From contig CP145415.1 in the NCBI GenBank assembly GCA_036867785.1, positions 620,001 to 684,000 on the forward strand: a DNA stretch of 64,000 nucleotides, in the 5' to 3' direction. This document shows positions 1 through 10,775 of this stretch, in pieces. A model generated the notes under the pieces. The model saw nothing but the letters and a program-made list of their open reading frames with translations. It had not been told where the DNA came from and did not search any database. Origin of the DNA: Plasmodiophora brassicae (Eukaryota). A program made the translations under genes and the position numbers. Every line of letters starts with the position of its first letter. Position 1 is the stretch's first letter.

Positions 1-2
1 CA

Positions 3-284
3 GTTCCGCAGCGTGGGTTCAACTTTCGTTCGAGCGGGGATCGTATCGCGAAAGAACTCGGCCAGCTACGCACGGGCCCCGGTGACGTCCCCCGTTGGCG
101 CGCACCCAATCCCCATCTGCCTACCATGGATCGGGCGCGGGGCGGCGACCTCGACGGCGACGGGTGCCGTCGTGCCGGTGACGACGACATCGGCGTCCCG
201 ATCGAATTGTCATCGTGGTCGGTGCGCGCGTCCATCGGCGCGCGCCGCCCGTCGTCCGCGCCGCTGGATCGGGCTCCGCCGTAG
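3..284 (+). CDS. Possible 3' end of a hypothetical gene entering from the left edge
   Basis: Frame 3 is open from the window edge to TAG at 282-284 (..DRIAKELGQLRTGPGDVPRW..). No homology recognised. Confidence 0.3.
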   Translation, partial: VPQRGFNFRSSGDRIAKELGQLRTGPGDVPRWRAPNPHLPTMDRARGGDLDGDGCRRAGDDDIGVPIELSSWSVRASIGARRPSSAPLDRAPP

Positions 285-416
285 CCGTTCCGCGACGACA
301 TGCGCCGCCCACAACAAGGCGACTCACAGGGTCCAGACCGCGCCGGCGCACGCCTTCGACACACGATGCGGCTGTACTACTACCTTGTCGGTGGGGGTCG
401 GTGCCTGGCGAACCCG

Positions 417-2387
417 TTATTGGTGCGCGGGCGCCAGACTCGATATGTCCTGCTGGACGGCGCTGGCTCGGTCGGTTTGTCCACACGCCAGCAGGACCTG
501 GTAGTACTGCATCAGGATGGGTCGCAGCAGCGTCGTGGGCGTCTTGTTGTGCGCCCTGACGACGGGGACGCCCTCCGCGAAGGCGTCGCAGGCGCGGTCG
601 AGTTGGCCGGCGGAGGTCAGCGCGGCGCCCAGCAGGCACCGGGCCCAGGCGGTCTGGTAGCTCTGGCTGCCCAGCTGGTTGCGGTAGATCTCGACGGCTT
701 CCTCGTGCAGCATGACGCTGTCCGCCTTGTGCCCAGATCGCTGCTTCATGGCGGCCAGGTTCTGCATGTCGACAGCAAGCTGCGTCGTGTCCGGCATGCA
801 GACGCGCTTGATGTTGACCGCCTTCGTGATCATCTTCTCAGCTTGCTCCCGATCGCCCGTCTTCTCGTGGGCCTCACCCAGGTGCCCATAGATGATGGCA
901 AGCCGCTGGTCGTTCTCTGGATCGAGCAGTTCCTGAGCCCGGTCTAGGTACGGGATGGCTTCCGCAGGCTTGTTCAGGCCTAAAGCAGCAACGCCCAGCG
1001 TGTGGTAGACGGGGCCAAGCGCATGATCGTGGTCACCAAGGGCGCCCTGGATGTCCTGGAGAGCAGTGGTCGCCGCTGCCATCCCCTCCTCGTAACGCTT
1101 GAGCGCGTTCAGCAGCGTGGCGTAATGCGAGTATGCGTGTCCTCGGTGCACGTTTTCGATTGCCAGCTGGCCGAAGATATCGATCGACGCTGTGCACAGC
1201 TCCAGGCAGAAGTCAACGTATTCCATCGACATCCCGGAAATCAATTCCGACAGTTTGGCCAGCATCACGGCCGCCTCGCCGTGCGTCTTTGGGGCGTTCT
1301 GCAGAATCTTCTTCGCTGTGTTCACCTGTCCATCGGCAAAGTAAACGGCTCGAACAACGCGACCCCGGGGGTTGCACTGACCACTTCATGGGCATTGTCC
1401 CTCTTGTGGTGAATAGCCACCAGCGAGAACAGCATCCTATGGACCGTAATATCGTGGACGCCCTTCATCTTGGCAATCTCGTCAGATGCTGCGCAGAGGT
1501 AACGTCAGCGCCGGAGATGCAACAGAACTAGATACGGCAAACATGTCGATAGAAGCAGGGCGCAGTCGTCGAACTTCTCTTGAACAAACGCCAGGTGGCA
1601 CCTAACGCGCAGATTCAACAAGAGGACAGGCGGCGCGGGTCACAGATCCCCTACAATTTCTGATGAATGGCGCAGCATGTCTCCACAATCAGCTTATGTG
1701 CGAGCGAATCCGGCTCCACAGATGCCAGCAGTTCCTGCGCCTGTAGCAAGGCACTCCTCAACTTCGCTTCAGCCTGGGGACTCTTGCCCGTGCCAAAGTA
1801 CAGGACAGCACGGCAGTGGTCTGCATGAGTTCAATGAATAAACAGCGACAAGCAATCGCGGCCATGGACGCCGCTGACGTACCGGCCTCCAGAGCGCGCC
1901 ATTTCCGTAGGTCATCGGGCATGACGACGTCATCGTCACCCAGCTTGCTGTCGATCAGCTCCTGAGCGACGTCGACACGGCCGAAGCTGCCGTAAGCCAG
2001 GACAAGATGGGAAACGAACGTGACGATGTCGGGATCGGTGACGGCCCCGGTCAAGAACGGGGCAAACCGCTGGTGAATGGCCTCAACGTCATCGACTCCG
2101 ATACCAGCGGCATCCTCCGAATGTATCATCGGGATCATCATCTGTTTCGTCAGCAGCCTCGCCAGCAGCACTGGGTCATTCTGCAACGCACTGGCCGGGA
2201 ACCTCGACAGGACCCGCTGAGCTTCCATCGGGCGCAAACGTCGCAGTTGCTCCTCGGCCATCGCCATGTGCTCGTCGAAATCCTTCCGGTGGTCTATGCA
2301 TTCCACATCGCTTCCGTACCACGCTGGCGACACCGGACGCCAGGGCGCGGCGCGACGCCGACCAACGCCCAATAACCGACGCAGCAT
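417..2387 (-). CDS. TPR-repeat protein (kinesin light chain-like TPR_12), spliced, probable mitochondrial transit peptide
   Basis: ORF 417..1325 has TPR helices (YHTLGVAALGLNKPAEAIPYLDRA; YGHLGEAHEKTGDREQAEKM). Upstream exon starts MLRRLLGVGRRRAAPW at 2387. Joining of the two parts through short introns is inferred. Confidence 0.7.
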
Positions 2388-3051
2388 CCCCGACACAATT
2401 TGCCGTCTGCACCGCGCGCACTGTAACCGCCGCCCATGCAGCTCGCGCTCGACAAACGGCGCCGCGGCTCTGACTGGACCTGGGCTCTGCGATGCAGCTC
2501 GCGTTCGGCTCTGATATGCAGCTCTCACCGGACATGGAGGTGCAGCTCGCACTGGACACTGATCACGTGCAGCTCTGGCGGGGCACACTGAGAACCAGCG
2601 CTGACTGGATAATGAAACGCGACACGCACCGGACATTGGCGTGCAGTTTCTCGCTGGGCCCGGTGGAACGTGTCGCATTCCACGTCAGGGCGGTGTCGTT
2701 GGCGGTTGTGCACGTGCGCAGCTGCAATACACGCGAGCGCCGCGGTGGCGAGATTCGAAAAACAGTATACAATGAGTACACAGGTCAGCGTACGTACGGG
2801 ACGGGCGGATTGTGGGGAGCACGATCCGACGAAATCTCACTGCCTATCTATCAACGTCGATCGCATCTGTACGCCCGATCGTTCTCCACAACATAGACAT
2901 TGCATCGGGGATGGCGGCGATGCTCTAGGCTAGTGTAGTGACGCATCCGTAGACCATCGCGTCCATGGTCAATCCGAAGACGCATTCGTCCTGGGCGTTC
3001 CCGATAACGCGGTCGGGATTGCATGTCGGAAGCCCTTTGCCGGGATTCTGA

Positions 3052-4679
3052 ATGGGAGGGATCCTTAGGCCTAGAACGCCCTTGACCATGGTCAAGCGCT
3101 TGCAGGTTCTTCCTCGTTTACGGGTCACCCGAAAGCAGAAGCATGAAGCGCTCGAGACGGAACGGAAGGCCCACCTTGGCGAACAGAAACCCTCAACGTT
3201 GCGCTCGGAAGCTGTGAAACTCCCAAGCACAGCCCGACCTAGCGACCACCACCACCACCACCACCACCATTACAAAGCGAGCGCACCCGCTCCGCCACCC
3301 ATCGTGATCTCGTCCAAGCGCCCAGCGCACCGTGCCGCACAGCAAAGGGCGGCCGCCACCATCCTCACCAAGACCGAACCCATGACAGTTGCAGGTAGGT
3401 TGGGCTATTGGCGACACCCGCCGGTTTATAACTCTTGTCAACAGCTGCTATGAAGCACCACCAGGCTGAGCTGTCGGCGTACGAGCAGTCTGAGATTCTC
3501 GGGTACGATGAAATATATTTCGTGGGAAGGACGTCGAAGAAGATTCGAGGCCTGCCGCAAACGTCCAGGAATGGGGGTAACTGTCAAACGCTGCGATAAT
3601 GGAGCTGAAGGATGTGTCTTACCGGGTGGTTGTCAGGATACGATGACGAACGTGGGGATTATCGTATTGTCCTTTACGATCACATCGCGTACCGGTATGA
3701 GGTGCTGGAAGTGCTCGGCAAGGGGTCTTTCGGCCAGGTGGTCAAAGTGTTCGACCACAAGACCGGGACGCTGAAAGCCCTGAAGATCATCCGGAACAAG
3801 AAACGGTTCCACCACCAGGCGCTGATCGAGGTGCGAATCCTCGACTTCTGCACGAAGAACGCCCAGGCGCACGACAGCACCATCGTCCACATGTTCGAGT
3901 CGATGACGTTCCGCAACCATCTGTGCATCACCTTCGAACTGCTCAGCATGAACCTGTACGAGCTGATCAAGAGCTCGAACTTCCGGGGCTTAACGCTCAG
4001 TCTGATCCGCCGATTCGCCGTCCAGCTCCTGGGCAGCCTGCGCTTCCTGAAACAGAACGCCATCATCCATTCGGATCTGAAACCGGAGAACATCCTGCTC
4101 AGGTCGACCGACAAGTCCACGATCAGCCTGATCGACTTCGGGAGCAGCTGCTTCGAGACCGAGCGGATCTACACGTACATCCAGAGTCGGTTCTACCGGT
4201 CGCCCGAAGTCATCCTCGGCAACCCGTATAGCACCGAGATCGACATCTGGAGCTTCGGGTGCATCCTGGCGGAGCTATACACCGGGTACCCGTTGTTCCA
4301 GGGCGAAAACGAGAATGAGCAGCTGGCGTGCATCATGGAGATCATGGGGATCCCGCCGCTGTCTATCTACGAATCGTCGCCACGTCGCAAGGTGTTCTTT
4401 GACTCGAACATGCGCCCGCGCCCGACGAAGAACGGCCAAGGACGTATGCTGCAACCGGGCAGCAAGGACCTCGCCACCGTCCTGCGATGCTCAGATCGAA
4501 AGTTTGTCGATTTCGTGGCGCGATGCCTGGAATGGGAGCCACGAATGCGAATCACGCCGGACGAAGCCATGCGGCATCCGTTCGTTACGCAGTCAGGACG
4601 GCGGCGCGTCCCAACAGGCGCCAGCAGGAAATCGGGCGATTACTTCCCCGTCATCGTGGGCCCTGGCGTGCAACAGTAG
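3052..4679 (+). CDS. DYRK2: Class 2 DYRK kinase (DYRK2/3/4-like), spliced
   Basis: DH box YDDERGDY, GKGSFGQV, HSDLKPEN, DFG, activation loop YTYIQSRFYRSPE. The start codon is uncertain. Confidence 0.93.
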
Positions 4680-4752
4680 GGCGGTCAGGCCCACCATCCG
4701 TCGGTCTTCCAATAATAAAACTTTGGGGACGGCGGTTTATACCAAATACCGG

Positions 4753-5371
4753 CTACTGACCCGCTTCTCCTTCCGCATGCGAAGCACCTTCCGCGCCGCG
4801 ATCGAACTCTATCGAATCGATCTTCACGATCGTAACGTCAGACCGGTGCCCATGGGTCCGACGGTACCCCTGAACGACGGCGTAAGCGGTGACAGGTTCG
4901 CCAGATAACCACAATACACTGATTAGGCACCTTTCGACGTTTCTTCTTGAATACAATAACCTTGTTCGTCTGGGTTTGTTCCTGAACGGACGCATGGACG
5001 GTGGCGTTTTCGACGTGAGGGCGCCCAATGACAGAGAAATCGCGACCGCACACCAGCATGACGCTCTGGAACGCAAGCCTGTTCCCAATGTCGACTCCGT
5101 CCATATAGGGCGCCATAATCAGGTCGCCAGGCGTGACTTTGTACTGCTTCCCGGTGATGTTGACGACAGCGAACAATCGTCCGTCATCGCGTGTCGCCGA
5201 TGCGCCCATAGGGTGCTCGACGCGCACCGACGGCTGCGCCACACGTCGCCCGGTCGTGAACGTGCCGGGGTCCGACCCCGCAACTAACCGGTCGACATGC
5301 ACGACACGCGCGGCGACCTGAGCGGCCGGCTCGGTCGAGAACCGGAGACGGCGTAGCGTCAAACGGAACAT
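4753..5371 (-). CDS. MRPL21: Mitochondrial ribosomal protein bL21, one intron
   Basis: FAVVNITGKQYKVTPGD, KVIVFKKKRRK|GYRRTHGHR, Arg-rich transit peptide MFRLTLRRLRF. Confidence 0.93.
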
Positions 5372-5476
5372 GTCGTCGCCCCGCAAAGGTGACTGACGAC
5401 AGTAGGGTACCCCCTACCTTCACGGACTCCGTGGCGCACTGCGCTAAGAGGATCACTGTTCACTAGAAGACGTGCC

Positions 5477-6097
5477 ATGGTCAGCTTCTCCTGCGACGGG
5501 TGCAACGAGACGCTGAAGAAGCAGAAAGTCGCCAAGCATTTCTGCGGGTCCAGATCCGTGTCCTGCATCGACTGCAGCAAGACGTTCTACGATGACGAAT
5601 ACGCGGCGCACACGTCGTGCATCTCCGAGGCGGCCAAATACGAGAAGTCGCTGTACCGCGGACCGCGAGCCAAGCAGAACACGGCACAGAAGAAACCCAC
5701 GCCGGCTGAGTATGCGTCTGCAGAGCCCAAACAGGAAGCCGTGAAACCTGCCTCACCTGTAACATCTGAGTCTGATGTGAAACCGGGAGAAAAGAAACGC
5801 AAGCGCGAGCCGGAACCTGCAAAGGAGACGGCGCAAGTCGACCGATCTGCTGTGATATCTGAAGCTGTCGATTCTGTTTTGAACGAGGTACGACCTAGCT
5901 ATGCCGAACGGCTAATGGGGGGCGCTGACGACCGATCTGTGCAGAATCCCGGCGAGGCTTTCCTCCTGAAACGTCTCCGAAGACTGGTCAAGAACAAGCT
6001 GCGCTCCCAGCAGGTCGATGTCGCGACGCTCGACGAGATAGCCATGGCGATATGCAGGAATCCCAACGTCACCGTTTCGCGTCGTAGTTCCCAGTAA
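5477..6097 (+). CDS. LYAR: LYAR-type C2HC zinc-finger nucleolar protein
   Basis: MVSFSCDGCNETLKK..H..C...VSCIDCSKTF...AHTSCISEAAKY. Probable 57-nt intron at 5888-5944. Confidence 0.9.
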   Translation: MVSFSCDGCNETLKKQKVAKHFCGSRSVSCIDCSKTFYDDEYAAHTSCISEAAKYEKSLYRGPRAKQNTAQKKPTPAEYASAEPKQEAVKPASPVTSESDVKPGEKKRKREPEPAKETAQVDRSAVISEAVDSVLNEVRPSYAERLMGGADDRSVQNPGEAFLLKRLRRLVKNKLRSQQVDVATLDEIAMAICRNPNVTVSRRSSQ

Positions 6098-6276
6098 ACT
6101 GCGCATCGGTATTGTGAGCACATGACGTCACTAGCGCGCATCCCCCCTGCCCAGTACCGAGGGTCGCACGTTGAGACGAATCGGCGCCGAGGTAGGTTAA
6201 GCAATAGGTGTAGCCCTGGCGCGATGGGAGCGGGACCCTGTTGCGGACTTCGACACGACAGCGGGTGCAGTTGCAG

Positions 6277-7678
6277 ATGTTACCGGTGGCAGCAGGGTTT
6301 GGTGGGCGCACCTCCTGGCGCCGATGGGCGGCACTGTCGAGGGCCAGGGCCGGCTGTCGAGCATACGTGAGCGGGGAGGCGGCGCTGTACAGGGCGCACG
6401 GCGAACCTGAGAAGGTGATCAGCGTGGAGCATGTCCAGATGGAGCAGCCGGGCCCTCATGACCTCATCATCAAGTTCCTGGCGTCGCCGATTAACCCCGC
6501 CGATATCAACATGGTTGCGTGCCGGTTTCCGTCTAGCAATGTCGCGTTGACGGCTTGTGTGCAGATCGAGGGCGTGTACCCAGTCAAACCTGCAACACCC
6601 GCGGTAGGCGGGAACGAAGGCGTCGCTGTGGTCGAACACAAGGGTCGTGCGGTTAAGTCCTTCAATCGCGGCGACTGGGTAATTCCCGCTCGACCTGGAC
6701 TTGGTTGGATTCCGTACCATGTTTCATCCCTTATAAACGTCTGTTGTGCTGACTCGACCGGCTTCGTTAGGAACCTGGAGAACGCGGGCGGTGGTACCTG
6801 AATGGGACCTGGCGCATGTCCCGAACGATATTCCTTTGGATGCGGCGGCCATGCTCGCAGTCAACCCTGCGTCCGCGTACCGCATGCTGCAGGACTTCGT
6901 TACGCTGCTGCCTGGCGACTACATCATCCAGAATGCGGCAAACAGCACCGTGGGCAAGTGTGTCATCCAGCTGGCGAAGCACATGGGCGTCAAGACGATC
7001 AATGTCGTTCGCGACCGTGAAGATCTGGACTCTGTCAAGGAGGACCTAGACGACCTGGGCGCCGATTTTGTCGTCACCGAGTCCCTCCTTGCGGGCAAGG
7101 ACTATGCTAGAGAATTTGCCAAGGTTCCAAAGCCCGTTCTCGCCTTGAACGCAGTTGGTGGGCCCAGTGCAACCAATGTAAGCCAGTATCGGTGGTTCTG
7201 CCGTTCTCTGCTGAATGCGGCTGTCCACAGATTGCTCGGGCACTTGCACCAAATGGTACCTTGGTAACGTACGGTGGAATGTCCAAGAAGCCTGGTGAGT
7301 GCACCAGCTGTGTCCCACTCCTTTAGAAAGCTTATGCGGCTGATCTGTTCAGTGACGCTCCCTACCGGTCTGTTGATTTTTCAGAACATCGTGTCACGCG
7401 GCTTCTGGCTGAGTCGCTGGACTGAGAACACGGCGCCCATTGACCGGGACACAATGATTATGCACCTTGCGGTAGGCTGTTCGCTGCGTGTCGCTCGAAG
7501 CTGGGTCTGACGCTGTGCTGTGCAGAGTCTGATTCGTGAGGGGCGGCTGAAGGTTGGACCTAGCAAGCGTATCTCGTTCACCGATTTGCCAGCTACGCTT
7601 GCGGATCGGTCGCGCGGCAAAGTCCTGATCGAATTCGACGACGATCGTTTCGCAGCCACCAAAGCATACATATCATAG
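6277..7678 (+). CDS. MECR: Mitochondrial trans-2-enoyl-[ACP/CoA] reductase, spliced
   Basis: [66 protein letters not shown]. Confidence 0.93.
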
Positions 7679-7775
7679 GTTGCTTCACTGTATTTCCGTA
7701 TGGAACGGGTAATCAAACGGGCCGCGAACAAACGATCCGTTAGAGGGTGCTACAGCGAGGGACGACGACACGCGC

Positions 7776-9356
7776 TCAGGCAGCGTCGCGCATCGACGAT
7801 CCTAGAGACGCTTCTTCTTGCGACGCGGGAAGGACAATCATGGCCGAGTACATGTACGTCGTCTCGACCTCCTCGTTCGGGCTGAACTCGTAGGTTTCGA
7901 TATCCGCTCGTCTCATGAATGGTATTGTGCCCCGGTACTCCACTAGGTCGTCGTGCGACGGCGCGTCAGCGGCACCTTCCATGTACTCGATGTCTTCCCG
8001 TGTGAACGAGTACACACGCACGTCCTTGCAGGCGTCGTCCTCGTACGGCAACCTCACCGTGACAGGGACGAGAATGACGCGAAAGTTGGCGGCCGTCAGC
8101 GCGTCGAACACACGTCGATCAAGGCCCTTCAGCGTCAATGGGGCAGCATTCAGCGCAGACAACGTGTACGTGTACCACGTGAAGAGGCCTAGAACAGGGC
8201 ACCCGGCCGACAGCATCTCGCCGACCTGGGCAACAAGCGTGTCGATCTTATCGGTCGGCGCCACGGGAATCGTCGACGACCCGGCTGGGATCTGCTTGTA
8301 CACGTACTGCCGTTTCGCGCCCTGGTCAGGGCGCTCTGCAACACAGGCGTCGTAGAAGACAAGCAGCTGGTGCCCGCTCTTGATCTTCTTGATCTCGTAT
8401 TCGCAATCAGAGTAGAACGCTGCCCATTGCACCGAGTCGCGGGAGTTGGCCCGCTCGTTGAACTTGAAGACGCGACGGTTCTTGCAGTGCGAGATGACGA
8501 GCTGCCCGCCAGTGTGCATGCTAGGGAGGCAGACGATCACAGTGGCGATCGTGTGCTTCGGAATACGGGGCGACCCAATCGACAGTTTCGAGTACCCGCC
8601 CTTGGAGTACACGCGCAGGTAGCGACGTCGCAGCGTCACCGACGGGACGTTGAACACCTCAGCGCACCGCGCCCGGATCTGCTCCAGGAATGTGATGTCG
8701 TCGGGTTCCTCGCACGACAGACCCGTGTGCGTCCCCAGGCGGAAGTCAGTGGCCAGTTCCACGCCGATGTGGTCGCCTTTCTCGTGCGATGGGTTCGGCG
8801 CGACCGCCCTCGAGTTCGACCTAATCAGCTCCGGGATCGACATGTTCAGGATGTTGCCAAAGTCCCTCAGGTCCGCTCCTGGGCCGTTATCGAACCGCAG
8901 ACGCGCCATGCGATCCGCGTCGTTCAGGACGAACCGCCCACCGCACGAGAACGCGTCGTCCTTCTCGAACGCGGCGATGCTGTCCTGAAGGTTGAAGAAC
9001 TTCGAGTGCGGCGGGCGGTCGTTTGCGGAGGCGGCGGGCGAATCGCCGCCGGACGTGGCGGCGGCGTCACCACTGGACGAGATCGCGGCCGTGTCGACGT
9101 TGCCGTCTTCGGCGACGACAACGCCGGGGACGGTCGGCGACGACGGCGCTGCTGGCGTTTCGACATGCACCTCCAGCGGGGCGGCTTCGCCGCCGTTGTC
9201 GATACGGGGGCGCTTCGTGTCCGGTTCCTCGCTGTCGACAATCTCGGCGAGGACGGCGGCCGGCGGCGGCACGCAGTACCCGAGCTGGAATCCGGTCGCG
9301 TCGATAGTGGCAATGGCCGTCTCCAGACGCGACAAACGCGGCACGGTCACCGACAT
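7776..9356 (-). CDS. 2OG-Fe(II) oxygenase-fold protein (P4H-like) with degenerate metal ligands, intronless
   Basis: VYSKGG..., ATVIVCLPSMHTGGQLVISH and QWAAFYSDCEYEIKKIKSG match the family pattern. The ORF could start as far up as 9569. Confidence 0.75.
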   Translation of the reverse strand: MSVTVPRLSRLETAIATIDATGFQLGYCVPPPAAVLAEIVDSEEPDTKRPRIDNGGEAAPLEVHVETPAAPSSPTVPGVVVAEDGNVDTAAISSSGDAAATSGGDSPAASANDRPPHSKFFNLQDSIAAFEKDDAFSCGGRFVLNDADRMARLRFDNGPGADLRDFGNILNMSIPELIRSNSRAVAPNPSHEKGDHIGVELATDFRLGTHTGLSCEEPDDITFLEQIRARCAEVFNVPSVTLRRRYLRVYSKGGYSKLSIGSPRIPKHTIATVIVCLPSMHTGGQLVISHCKNRRVFKFNERANSRDSVQWAAFYSDCEYEIKKIKSGHQLLVFYDACVAERPDQGAKRQYVYKQIPAGSSTIPVAPTDKIDTLVAQVGEMLSAGCPVLGLFTWYTYTLSALNAAPLTLKGLDRRVFDALTAANFRVILVPVTVRLPYEDDACKDVRVYSFTREDIEYMEGAADAPSHDDLVEYRGTIPFMRRADIETYEFSPNEEVETTYMYSAMIVLPASQEEASLGSSMRDAA

Positions 9357-9920
9357 GGCGATGATGGCGGGATCCGGGCAATCGTCACGTTCCAACGAAC
9401 CACGACGCAATTGCGGGGAACCGCCCACGACTGCACCGACGCAAATGGGACCTCGGTTCGACTCTTGAGCCGTGAGGTGCAGCCACGGACTTTTCACAGT
9501 CGGGCGGGCGGTCTGCTCTCGGCGCCCCGCTCCTGGGCTCGTGGCACACGTGCCGTCATCATCGTCCATCCGAGGAATTGCGCTATCTCCATGGGTTCGA
9601 CCGATTTCGCACTCGTGCTGCTGACAGACTGGTTGCGGTTTGTCATCATCGTCACGCAGGTCTGCATACGAGTTCGTGTCGGATAGGGCGCAGTCCGTCG
9701 GAAGAACGGCGCTATGTAGTTACTCGGCACCTGTGGCTCGTCAACTGCTTTCAGCCAGGGTCCAGAGGGGTCCAGGCCTCTCCAGGGGTGTCTTAAGCGA
9801 TACTTCAGGTACTTATATTCCGAGTTCTGAACTGTTCAGCGTCGCCTCGCTGGTTGGGCGCTGGAGCGTGGCGGGGACATCTGGCCGGCGGGCGAGCATC
9901 GCGAAGGCGACGATGAGCGA

Positions 9921-10389
9921 CGACGACATCGGTGGGAACGCGAGGCACGTCCCAGTTTGCAAGAGATATCAGAGTGAAGCGTGTACATGCGGAAGGAATC
10001 CAGCTGCGGTTACGAGTTCGGCCGAACGTTCAGGGATCGTTCCGGCCGAGGGATTGCCCGACCCAGGATGACGACGGAGGCGTTTCGACGCGCACCAGGG
10101 CCAGACGACTCCAGATGAACCCCCTGCTCGACGGACGCTGTACTGCTCTTTGCAGCAAGGGAGTCATGGTTTGGTGCTGCCTGCTCAAGTTCCTGATAAT
10201 ACGCGGCCGTTCCCGAATCGCGTCGTCGACCTGTATGTACCCTGGCCTGGGGACCTAGGTATGTGTTCCAGCCCCCAACCGCAGCTGGATTCCTCGCGAA
10301 CGTACACGCTTCACTTTGATGTCCCTTGCGAACTGAGACGTGCCTCGCGTTCGTGGTCGCCGGCCGTTACGTTCCCATCGATGTCGTCG
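9921..10389. repeat. Imperfect long inverted repeat (arms ~9921-10011 and ~10277-10389)
   Basis: Both strands encode nearly the same peptide (RGTSQFARDIRVKRVHAEGIQLRL vs RGTSQFARDIKVKRVRSRGIQLRL). The DNA arms are reverse complements with an indel. Confidence 0.85.
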
Positions 10390-10775
10390 CTGCCACAAGC
10401 TGGGGCACATGACACCCGCTGCAACCGAACTGCGACGCCAAATGTTGTAGGTATCTCTGACACCAAGGATATAGCGCTTCACGTTTCCCAATGTATCCCA
10501 GCCGGTGTGCAATAACTCTACTTGAGGTTGAGCAAGCCAGGTTCGCCTGTGCAAGGCGATGGCCCGCAACAGGGTACAGGGGGCACCCGTGCCCGACCAG
10601 TGTACATACAACAGAGCATACCTATGTTGATCGACGACGTTTACAGCGCGTTGTCCAGGCCCATTCATATACGGCGTCTGTGCCAACTGCCAAGTGACCA
10701 CGAATGAGGCCATCGTTTGTTTTGTCCATTGCTAACGGCTGCTGCTGACCATTAAATATTAGCAGCGCATTTATG

